Assembly: GCA_963828165.1 (NCBI GenBank) | Contig: CAWHDR010000001.1 | Location: forward strand, 2,839,511-2,903,510 | DNA from: an uncultured Chloroflexia bacterium | GTDB taxonomy: Bacteria > Chloroflexota > Limnocylindria > Limnocylindrales > CSP1-4 | Reading direction: 5' to 3' | DNA: 64,000 nt | In this document: in pieces, positions 50,736 to 58,846 of the stretch | Layout: the number at the start of each line of letters is the position of its first letter | How positions within the stretch are numbered: the stretch's first letter is position 1 | Translations under genes and position numbers: made by a program | The notes under the pieces: generated by a model | What the model saw: only the letters and a program-made list of their open reading frames with translations | What the model was told of the DNA's origin: nothing | Databases searched by the model: none

Positions 50736-50796
50736 CGACCCATTGTGCGACGTTGACGCCCGCGATCGCGCACGGGAGGCATGCCACCATGCCCGG

Positions 50797-51366
50797 ATGG
50801 AGTCCCCTCCCCCGGCGCACCCCTGGCGCCCGACCCGCGCCGAGCTAGAAGCCGCCGACGGCAGAGCCATCCCCGACGTCATCGCCCCGGGACTCAAGGT
50901 CCTGTTCTGCGGCATCAACCCCGGTCGCTACTCGGGTGCCACCGGACGCCATTTTGCCCGCCCGGGCAACCGATTCTGGCCGACCCTCCATGCGGCGGGG
51001 TTCACCGAGACCCTCCTGACGCCCTGGGACGGCGACGCGATGCTCGCAGCGGGCTTCGGCATCACGAACCTGGTCAACCGGACGACGGCGACGGCCGCGG
51101 AGCTGGGTGCCGCCGAGCTGCGCGAAGGCGCCGTCCGCCTGCTCGCGACCGCGGAACGATACCGCCCGGCGTGCGTGGCCATCCTCGGCATCTCCGCCTA
51201 TCGGATCGCCTTCGATCGACCGAAGGCCACCCTGGGTCTTCAGTCCGAGCGACTCGGGCCCAGCAGCCTCTGGATCCTGCCCAATCCCAGCGGCCTGAAC
51301 GCCCACTACCAGCTGCCGGCCCTGGCCGGGGTCTTCCGTGAGCTGCGCGACGCGCTCGACCTCTGA
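50797..51366 (+). CDS. mug: G/U mismatch-specific DNA glycosylase
   Basis: FCGINPG, HFARPGNRFW, GITNLV and LPNPSGLN. Confidence 0.92.
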   Translation: MESPPPAHPWRPTRAELEAADGRAIPDVIAPGLKVLFCGINPGRYSGATGRHFARPGNRFWPTLHAAGFTETLLTPWDGDAMLAAGFGITNLVNRTTATAAELGAAELREGAVRLLATAERYRPACVAILGISAYRIAFDRPKATLGLQSERLGPSSLWILPNPSGLNAHYQLPALAGVFRELRDALDL

Positions 51367-51573
51367 CGGACGCCTCGTCGGGGGTCGGACCGTCTCCCGC
51401 AACAAACCGAAGCATGACGGTCGGCTCGAAGACGTCGGTCGCGACGAAGGGCGCGAGCCCAGCCTTCGAGGAGCCGTTCGAGTGCCTGACGTTCGAGGAG
51501 CCGGGGGGCCGTCTTCGAAGTGCCGGTCGCGCAACCTGGTACCGTCCATTAACCGACCCGGGCGGCCCGCGGC

Positions 51574-52395
51574 TCATGTCCCGCAGGCGAACGCGAAGTA
51601 GATCGGGATGTCGAGTCCGATATGGACCGCCATCGGGATCAGCAGCGATCGGGTCCGCACCGCGATGACCCCGGCAACGAGCCCGCCCACGCCCAGGGCG
51701 AGCATCAGGGGCAGCTGCAATCCGATGACATCCGCACCCGAGTGCGCCACGCCGAACACGATGGCCTGGCCCACGACCGCCGGCCCCAGCCCCATGACCT
51801 TGGCCGACCAGCCCAGCAGCGCGCCGCGATAGATCATCTCCTCCATGACCCCGTTCGCGGCCGCGAACACGAGCGCCGGCACGAGTGCTGCCGCCACGAG
51901 CTCGTAGCCCACGTCGCCAAAGAACGGCCGGGCGAGATACGGGCCGGCGAGCAGCGCGATCGGACCCGACACGAGGAAGCCGACGACAGCCCAGCGCACC
52001 CAGCGGCGGGCCGGCGAGCGCAGGGACAGCGACGCCGGGGTCGCCCGCAGGATGAGTACGAGCCCCGCGAGGCCGCCCAGGACGACCAGCGCCTCGAGCG
52101 CGCGCCACGTCGCCACGGGCGAGGTGGGGTTCGCGCAGTCGGACCCGTCGAGGGCGACCGTCGGAGCCGGCAGACCGCCCCAGAACAGGCTGAGGGCAAC
52201 GGGCACCGCGCCAGCCCAGGCCCAGCGAACTGGCGCGTCGCGCCAGATCGCGATCGCCGCGCCGGCGGCCAGCCCGACAAGGACGACAGCGCGCAGCCCC
52301 GGCAGCGCCGCGGCGAGCACCAGCAACCCGAGTGGCACGGCAGAGCGCGCGAAGTCAACGGGGTCGCTGGGGAGGTAGCGGCGCGCGGCTCCCAC
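51574..52395 (-). CDS. CPBP family intramembrane metalloprotease
   Basis: EEMIYRG, FGVAH and HIGLD motifs in a multi-pass membrane protein. Confidence 0.85.
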   Translation of the reverse strand: MGAARRYLPSDPVDFARSAVPLGLLVLAAALPGLRAVVLVGLAAGAAIAIWRDAPVRWAWAGAVPVALSLFWGGLPAPTVALDGSDCANPTSPVATWRALEALVVLGGLAGLVLILRATPASLSLRSPARRWVRWAVVGFLVSGPIALLAGPYLARPFFGDVGYELVAAALVPALVFAAANGVMEEMIYRGALLGWSAKVMGLGPAVVGQAIVFGVAHSGADVIGLQLPLMLALGVGGLVAGVIAVRTRSLLIPMAVHIGLDIPIYFAFACGT

Positions 52396-52420
52396 GACTA
52401 GCCCTCCCCCGCCGGCACGC

Positions 52421-53395
52421 TCAGGCGTTGCTGCCGGTGACGATGACGAGGGCCGGCCCGACCGGCCGTTGGCCTGCCAGCAGCCCGGCCCACGAGGCCG
52501 CAGCGGCTCCCTCCACGGTGATCCCGAGCTCGTCGGTCAACTCGGCCTGGGCGCTCCGGAGGGCGTCCTCGGAGACCGTGACCATGTCGTCGACCCGGCC
52601 GCGCATGAGCTCGACCGCACGCGGGATCGCGACGCGCGATGCGATGCCGTCGGCGTACGTGGCCGCGCTGTCCGTGTCGATCGCTCGACCCGCCCGCCAC
52701 GAGAGCGTCATCGCTGCCGCGGCCTCGGCCTGGACGCCCAGCACCCGGCAACCGGGCGCGGCATGGCGCAACCACGAGCCCACGCCGTTGATCAGGGCGC
52801 CATTGCCGACCGGCACGGCAGCGACCGCCGGCATGGGCAGGAGGCCGGCGTCTACGGCGTCGGTGACCTCGAGCGCGAGTGTCCCGGCGCCCGTCGCGAT
52901 GCGGGCATCGTCCCCATCGACGAGGAGCGAGGCATCGTGCTCGGCCGCATAGGTCTCTGAGACGACGCGGGCGTCGTCGAAATCTTCGCCAGCCTCGATC
53001 ACCGTGGCGCCGAGCGCCCGCATCCGGGCGACCTTCGCGCGATTCGCCCGGGTGGAGCAGAAGACCACCGCGGGCACGCCCAGGGCGCGTGCGGCGTAGG
53101 CGACGCCCTGGCCGAAGTTGCCCGCGGACACGCACACGATGGCACGGTCCTGGCCGATGCTCCCCTCCCCCGCCAGCGCCGCCATGGCGACCCACGTGCC
53201 GCGGCCCTTGAACGAGCGGATCGGGTTGACGGTCTCGACCTTGACCACGACCGGGACGCCCAGGCGCGCGGACAGGCCCTCATGGAGGTACTGGGGCGTG
53301 CCGGTGAAGACGGGATCGATCCGATCGTGGGCGGCGCGGATGGCCGCCGGCTCCAGGTCCGGGTGTGCGATCACGGCGCGAGCTGCCCGGGACAT
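52421..53395 (-). CDS. PLP-dependent threonine/serine dehydratase family protein
   Basis: SFKGRG PLP lysine, SAGNFG, PVGNGAL and TGSN. Confidence 0.88.
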   Translation of the reverse strand: MSRAARAVIAHPDLEPAAIRAAHDRIDPVFTGTPQYLHEGLSARLGVPVVVKVETVNPIRSFKGRGTWVAMAALAGEGSIGQDRAIVCVSAGNFGQGVAYAARALGVPAVVFCSTRANRAKVARMRALGATVIEAGEDFDDARVVSETYAAEHDASLLVDGDDARIATGAGTLALEVTDAVDAGLLPMPAVAAVPVGNGALINGVGSWLRHAAPGCRVLGVQAEAAAAMTLSWRAGRAIDTDSAATYADGIASRVAIPRAVELMRGRVDDMVTVSEDALRSAQAELTDELGITVEGAAAASWAGLLAGQRPVGPALVIVTGSNA

Positions 53396-53397
53396 GA

Positions 53398-53589
53398 AAA
53401 CGCCCGAAGGAACGGCCGGTCCGTAGTTGTCAATACCGATGTAAACACCGGTACCGCCACTTGCGGTCTGGCGCCCCTTCGAGCAAGACGAACTGTATCC
53501 GGCGAGGCCGGGGCCTGGGAAGGGGGTTTATCCACGAGTTTGCGAATTGGGTGCGGTGCGGGCTCGCACCGTCCACAGCCCATCCACAG
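53398..53589 (-). repeat. Copy 1 of a ~190-bp structured non-coding unit (stem-loop module + 3 DnaA-box-like sites)
   Basis: Blocks AAACGCCCGAAGGAAC, ATGTAAACAC, GCCCCTTC, GCAAGAC, CCTGGGA, TTATCCACGAGTTT and TCCACAG x2 recur in the same order about 260 bp downstream. Confidence 0.85.
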
Positions 53590-53847
53590 AACCGCACCTC
53601 GTCGCCGCCCGCACTCGTGCCACGCGTCTGCCGCACCGCCGTCCTCCGGCGGACAAAAAGAAACGCCCGAAGGAACTCGATCACTAGATGCCCCGATCCA
53701 TGTAAACACAGATCAGATCACTAGATGTTCGTGCCCCTTCAGGCAAGACCTACCTTACCCGCGCGAGACCCCTGGGACAATCGTGTTATCCACGAGTTTC
53801 CTTGCCGGAGCCTTGCATTTCGAGGGCCTGTCCACAGGCTGTCCACA
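53528..53847 (+). promoter_or_regulatory. Cluster of six co-oriented DnaA-box-like 9-mers
   Basis: TTATCCACG (53528, 53786), CCGTCCACA (53569), CCATCCACA (53580) and CTGTCCACA (53828, 53839), versus consensus TT(A/G)TCCACA. Confidence 0.65.
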
Positions 53848-53848
53848 G
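53661..53848 (-). repeat. Copy 2 of the structured non-coding unit
   Basis: Same conserved blocks with different intervening sequence. A U-tract (TTTCTTTTT) follows the closing stem on the minus strand. Confidence 0.85.
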
Positions 53849-53865
53849 CCGGGGGACGCGAGACC

Positions 53866-55320
53866 TCAGCGGCGGCGCAACAGGAACAGGACCCGGACGC
53901 TGTCCTCGATCGGCGCCTCCCGCACGACCTCGAAGCGTTCCGACGCGGCGGCCCGGAAGCCGTCGAGGGTGTAGTCGGGGAACACGTCACGACGCGTGGC
54001 CAGCAGCCGCCGGACCATGCGGTCCTCCTTGGGGACGAACTCGACGATCGCCCACGGAGCGAGATCCGCGAAGAACCCGAGCACCATCGGCAGCGGCACG
54101 TTGCGCGAGATCGCCAGGTGGTGGACGAGGGCCAGAGCCAGCGCGATGTCCGGATCCGCGCGGTCGAGGAGCGAGCGGCGCTCACGACCCGCCCAGCCGA
54201 TACCCGGGCTCGGGTTCGCGACATCGAGGATGAGCGGCAGGATGTCGGTCCTGCCCTCGGCGCGTAGCTGGCGGTAGTTCCGCTCCGCCGCCGCCGGGTC
54301 GATGTCGAATGCCAGGACGCGCTTGCCGGCGTCGGCCGCGATCCGGCTGTACCGGCCGGTGTTGGCGCCAAGATCCCAGAGCCGCGTGCCCGTGGCCTCG
54401 CCGACGAACGCCTCCACGAGTCGCGCCTTGTCCGCGGTCGCGGCATCGCCGTAGCTCGTGTGGTCGGCGTAGTCGGACCACTCGGTGCCGGCCGGCTCCC
54501 AGCGCAGCCGCTCGACGGTGCCACGCAGGTTCCGGATGAGGCCCTCGAGCCGCTGCCGGCTGATCCGCGCCCCCCGCGCCGCGTCGACGTCGCCCTCATC
54601 TTCGCTGCCGGCATATCGCCGCTGGGCTCGGGCATGGAGGTGAACATGCGACAGCAAGCCGAAATTTAGGCGCGTCCGCCACGGAAGAAGGTTGCTGGCG
54701 AGATCCAGCGGCACGCCGTCGGGGTCGGCGCGGAGCAAGCTCGCGAGTCGGACGTCGCGTCGGGCGATCAATGCCAGCGGCGCCAGGAAGTGCTCACAGA
54801 ACTGGCGGTACGCCACCCACGGCGCGCCCTCTTCGAGCGGCTCGAACGAGAGTGAATCGATCAGGATGGGCCGGGCATCACGGAACTGGACGTTGTACGC
54901 CGAGGCATCCTTGAGCTGCCAGCCTTCGGCCATGGCGTCGAGCTGCGCGTCGAGCGTCAGGAGCGCGGCATCGCGCAGCTCACCGAAGGTCCACTCGAAC
55001 GGATAGCTGATGAACTCGATCTTCTCGGGGCGGATGACCGCGTGGGCGTCGGAGCCCTGCGCGCGTTCGATCGAGATGGGCTCGTACGGGATGAGCCGGT
55101 CACCCTCGATGAGCCGCTGCTTGAGCGGGCTCGCCTCGAACGCGTCCCACTCCGCCGCGAAACTGCGCTGGATCTGGCGGTAGGGCTGGCCGTCCTGCCA
55201 GAAGATGAAACCGCTCGGATCGCGGAACGAGCCGCCGTCCCGCTCGACGGCGCCGGCCGGGGTGGCCGTGTCGGTGCCTGGCACCGCGTTGGCCGGGTCA
55301 GCGACCCCGGGTGCCGTCAT
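53866..55320 (-). CDS. NoeA-like protein: kinase-like N-domain + class I SAM methyltransferase
   Basis: SFRDPSG, LKDASAYNVQF...ILIDSLSF, then LWDLGANTG and LALVHHL. Confidence 0.82.
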   Translation of the reverse strand: MTAPGVADPANAVPGTDTATPAGAVERDGGSFRDPSGFIFWQDGQPYRQIQRSFAAEWDAFEASPLKQRLIEGDRLIPYEPISIERAQGSDAHAVIRPEKIEFISYPFEWTFGELRDAALLTLDAQLDAMAEGWQLKDASAYNVQFRDARPILIDSLSFEPLEEGAPWVAYRQFCEHFLAPLALIARRDVRLASLLRADPDGVPLDLASNLLPWRTRLNFGLLSHVHLHARAQRRYAGSEDEGDVDAARGARISRQRLEGLIRNLRGTVERLRWEPAGTEWSDYADHTSYGDAATADKARLVEAFVGEATGTRLWDLGANTGRYSRIAADAGKRVLAFDIDPAAAERNYRQLRAEGRTDILPLILDVANPSPGIGWAGRERRSLLDRADPDIALALALVHHLAISRNVPLPMVLGFFADLAPWAIVEFVPKEDRMVRRLLATRRDVFPDYTLDGFRAAASERFEVVREAPIEDSVRVLFLLRRR

Positions 55321-55483
55321 GCACAGGCGCAGCGGGCTTGTCCTCGCCGCCGCGACGGCGCACCACGTTCAGGAACCGGCCGATCTGGTGCCGGAAGAAC
55401 AGTGGTATCGCGACTGCGGCCGCGATCGCGGTCTGGATGATGAGGCTGCCGGTGCCCGGATCGATGTACGCGAGTTCAAGCAT
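55298..55483 (-). CDS. Small single-TM protein with AYIDPGTGS motif
   Basis: 61 aa with one hydrophobic helix and a basic tail. It overlaps the methyltransferase start. Confidence 0.75.
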   Translation of the reverse strand: MLELAYIDPGTGSLIIQTAIAAAVAIPLFFRHQIGRFLNVVRRRGGEDKPAAPVHDGTRGR

Positions 55484-55529
55484 GTTCGCGGGTCGCTCCG
55501 ATCTTGGTTAACCGCCCGATAATCCCCTG

Positions 55530-57122
55530 ATGACCAACGATAGCACGGCCTCCCGAGCCACGGCTCAGGCGGGAGGCCGGCTTCGCACGCCCTGGCGCGG
55601 CCGGCCGCTCCCCGTGCATCCCCTGCTGCTGGCTGCCTACCCGGTCCTGTTCCTGTACGGGCAGAACCTGGGCGAACTGGCCCCGAGCGATCTCGTCGGA
55701 CCCCTCGCCGCGATCGTCCTCGTCGCGCTGGCGGCGTTGATCGTCGGTGCGTACGTCGTCCGTGACGGCCGGCGGGCGGCCCTGGTCGTTTCCGCCCTGG
55801 CTGCCGCGCTCCTCCTGTACGGCCACGTCGCGGGCCTCCTGGGTCCCCTTGGAGTCCGAGCCGTCGTTCTCCAGGTTGGCTGGATGGCCCTCATCGGGCT
55901 CACGGCGGTGTTCGCGATCAAGGCTGGCTCGGATCGACTGGCCCTGGTGACCCGCGGGATGAACCTCGTGACCGCGCTCCTGGTGATCGTCACCCTCGTG
56001 TCGATCGTGCCCGCCGAATTCGCTCGCGCGAACCGGAGCGCGGCGTCGGCGACGCCCATCGGAGGCACCGCGGGCCCAGGGCGCGACATCTGGTACCTGG
56101 TGTTCGACCGCTACGGGTCCGCCCGATCGCTCGACCTGCTCTACGGGATCGACGACCGGCCCTTTCTCGATCGGCTGAGCGCCCGAGGCTTCGATGTCGT
56201 GACCGACAGCCATGCGAACTACGTCAAGACCGCGCTGTCGCTGGCGGCGACGCTCAATCTCGACTATCTCGACGACATCGTCGCCGCGCAGGACCCCGCC
56301 TCGGAGGATCACGGGGCCATCTACCGGCACCTTGCCGACCACGCGGTCGGCCACTTCCTGCACGATCGAGGCTACCGCTATGTCCACGTCGGCTCGACCT
56401 ACGACCCGACCGAGACGAGTCCGCTGGCGGATGTCAACCCACGGATCGATGGCCCGTCCGACTTCGTCGACGCGCTGTTCGACGTGTCGGCACTGCCGGC
56501 CATCGCGCGACGGCTGCGGATCCGCACGAACACGCCCGCACGAGAGCGGCACCACCAGGTCGGCCGCTTCCAGCTGGACACGCTGGACGACCTCGTGACC
56601 GAACCCGGCCCGAAGCTCGTCTTCGCGCATGTCCTGCTGCCGCATCCCCCCTACACCTTCGCGAGCGACGGCAGGTTCCTGACCGACGAGGAGGACGCGG
56701 CGCTGACCAACGCGGAGGGGTACGCCCAGCAGCTGGTCTATCTGCAGGCGAGACTCGAGGCCCTGGTCGACCGTCTCCTCGCGCTGCCGGACGCCGAGCG
56801 GCCGATCATCGTCCTCCAGGCGGATGAGGGTCCCTACCCGGTCGACTACGCACGGGATACCGTCGGCTACGACTGGGCCACGGCGGCGACCGAGGACCTC
56901 GAGATCAAGTTCGGGATCTTCAACGCCATGTACCTGCCCGGGGGCGAGGCGCCCGCGGTGCCCACCACCCTCAGCTCCGTGAACACCTTCCGGTTGATCT
57001 TCAACGCGTACTTCGACGCCGACCTGCCGCTGCTCCCCGACCGGACGTTCACCTCCGCGGGCAAATACCGGCCGTACGACCTCACCGAGATCACGGATCG
57101 CCTGCCGAGCGCCGGATCCTAG
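55530..57122 (+). CDS. Membrane-anchored alkaline-phosphatase/sulfatase-superfamily protein (LtaS/EptA-like topology)
   Basis: 5 TM helices followed by YLVFDRY, NYVKTALSL, PHPPY and QADEG. GATAAT-N6-ATG start. Confidence 0.8.
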   Translation: MTNDSTASRATAQAGGRLRTPWRGRPLPVHPLLLAAYPVLFLYGQNLGELAPSDLVGPLAAIVLVALAALIVGAYVVRDGRRAALVVSALAAALLLYGHVAGLLGPLGVRAVVLQVGWMALIGLTAVFAIKAGSDRLALVTRGMNLVTALLVIVTLVSIVPAEFARANRSAASATPIGGTAGPGRDIWYLVFDRYGSARSLDLLYGIDDRPFLDRLSARGFDVVTDSHANYVKTALSLAATLNLDYLDDIVAAQDPASEDHGAIYRHLADHAVGHFLHDRGYRYVHVGSTYDPTETSPLADVNPRIDGPSDFVDALFDVSALPAIARRLRIRTNTPARERHHQVGRFQLDTLDDLVTEPGPKLVFAHVLLPHPPYTFASDGRFLTDEEDAALTNAEGYAQQLVYLQARLEALVDRLLALPDAERPIIVLQADEGPYPVDYARDTVGYDWATAATEDLEIKFGIFNAMYLPGGEAPAVPTTLSSVNTFRLIFNAYFDADLPLLPDRTFTSAGKYRPYDLTEITDRLPSAGS

Positions 57123-57223
57123 CCGGTCGCGATGGCCGGCGGCCGGTCCGCGGGTCGCCGGTGCGCGGGCGGCCGGTTCGCGAGCGGACCGCGCGTGATG
57201 GTTGACGGCCCGATAATCCCCTC

Positions 57224-58846
57224 GTGACGACCGAAGCACCGACCCTGCCGGGCACCGCCGATGGCGCGACGGCTCGGCTCCCGGGGCGGATCCGCTCGGC
57301 GTGGCGTGGCCGACCTTTGCCCCTGCATCCCTTGCTGCTGGCGGCGTACCCGGTCCTGTTCCTGTACGGGCAGAACCTGGGCGAGCTCGAGCCGTCAGAC
57401 CTGGTCGCACCGCTCGTCGTCATCGTCGCGGCCGCGCTCGCGCTGCTGCTGATCGGGGCACCCATCCTGGGCGACGCGCGTCGGGCGGCTCTCGGCGTCT
57501 CCGCCCTGGCGGCCGCGTTGCTCCTGTACGGCCACCTCGCCGGGGTGCTGGCTCCGCTCGGCGTCAAAGCGGGCTTCCAGCAGATCGGCTGGGCGGTGTT
57601 CCTGGTCGTCGTCGCCATCGCCGCGGTCCGTTTGCGCGATGCGCGTCTGGCGGGCATGACGCGCGCGCTCAACATCGTGACGGCGCTCCTGGTCGTGTTC
57701 GCCCTCGTCACGATCGTCCCTGCCGAGATCGCCCGCTTCGGGCGCGGCACGACCGCGCAGGCAGCGATCGGCGGGAGCGCCGGCCCGGGCCGTGACATCT
57801 GGTACCTCGTGTTCGATCGATACGGCTCGGCGAGCTCCCTCCAGCTGCAGTACGAGATCGACGATCGCCCCTTCCTCGATCGGCTTCGCGCTCGCGGGTT
57901 CCAGATCGTGACCGACAGCCACGCGAACTACGTCAAGACGTCGCTGTCGCTGGCGGCGACGCTGAATCTGGACTACCTCGACGACCTCGTGGCCGCACAG
58001 GACCCCGCGTCCGACGACCACGGTCCCGTGTTCGAACGGCTGTCGGACCACGCCGTCGGCCGGTTCCTGCGCGAGCGGGGCTACCAGTACGTCCACGTTG
58101 GATCGTTCTACGGCCCGACCAAGACGAGCGTGATCGCCGACCGCAACCTGCCGCCCGGCGGACCGTCCGATTTCGTCGCCTCGCTGTACGACACCTCGGC
58201 GCTGCCAGCGGCGGCGCACCGCCTCGGCATCAGCCTGGCGGCACCGGCCCGCGAACGACATTACGAGGTCGGGCGGTTCCAGCTCGATACCCTCGACGAC
58301 GTCGCGGACGACCCAGGTCCGGCATTCGTCTTTGCGCACGTGATGATCCCGCACCCCCCGTACACGTTCGCGAGCGACGGGTCGTTCGTGACCGACGAAG
58401 CGGACCGCGGTCGGCGGCAGGCACTGGCGTACGGCGAACAGCTGACCTACCTGCAGACGCGGATCGAGGCCCTCGTGGACCGGCTGCTGGCCCGTCCCGA
58501 GGCGGAGCGGCCGATCATCATCCTCCAGGCGGACGAAGGCCCCTACCCCCGCGAGTACGCCCGCAACACGATCGGGTACGACTGGGCGACCGCCTCGACG
58601 GACGAGCTGGAGATCAAGTTCGGGATCCTGAACGCGATGTACCTGCCCGGCGATGGCGCGCTGACGCCGTCGACGACCCTCAGCTCGGTCAATACCTTCC
58701 GCCTGCTGTTCGACCGCTATTTCGACGCCGACCTGCCGTTGCTCCCCGATCGCTCGTTCACGTCGGCCGGCAAGCTGCGGCCGTACGACATGACGGAGAT
58801 CACGGATCGGCTGCCACCCCCGCGATCGAGCGCAGTCGATCCATGA
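57224..58846 (+). CDS. Tandem paralog of the preceding sulfatase-superfamily protein
   Basis: Collinear high similarity with the same motifs. GATAAT-N6-GTG start. Confidence 0.8.
   Translation: MTTEAPTLPGTADGATARLPGRIRSAWRGRPLPLHPLLLAAYPVLFLYGQNLGELEPSDLVAPLVVIVAAALALLLIGAPILGDARRAALGVSALAAALLLYGHLAGVLAPLGVKAGFQQIGWAVFLVVVAIAAVRLRDARLAGMTRALNIVTALLVVFALVTIVPAEIARFGRGTTAQAAIGGSAGPGRDIWYLVFDRYGSASSLQLQYEIDDRPFLDRLRARGFQIVTDSHANYVKTSLSLAATLNLDYLDDLVAAQDPASDDHGPVFERLSDHAVGRFLRERGYQYVHVGSFYGPTKTSVIADRNLPPGGPSDFVASLYDTSALPAAAHRLGISLAAPARERHYEVGRFQLDTLDDVADDPGPAFVFAHVMIPHPPYTFASDGSFVTDEADRGRRQALAYGEQLTYLQTRIEALVDRLLARPEAERPIIILQADEGPYPREYARNTIGYDWATASTDELEIKFGILNAMYLPGDGALTPSTTLSSVNTFRLLFDRYFDADLPLLPDRSFTSAGKLRPYDMTEITDRLPPPRSSAVDP

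Noticed and set aside
53679-53733. NrdR boxes (ATCACTAGATG x2)
   Set aside because: There is partial resemblance to the NrdR consensus, but no nrd gene is adjacent and copy 1 lacks the motif at the equivalent positions. Not excluded, but unsupported.
53398-53848. CRISPR array
   Set aside because: Only two units with a ~260-bp period made of interrupted blocks, and no cas genes in the window.
53398-53865. oriC
   Set aside because: DnaA boxes are present, but there is no dnaA/dnaN/rpmH context or clear AT-rich unwinding element, and a dif-like site is only 4 kb away.
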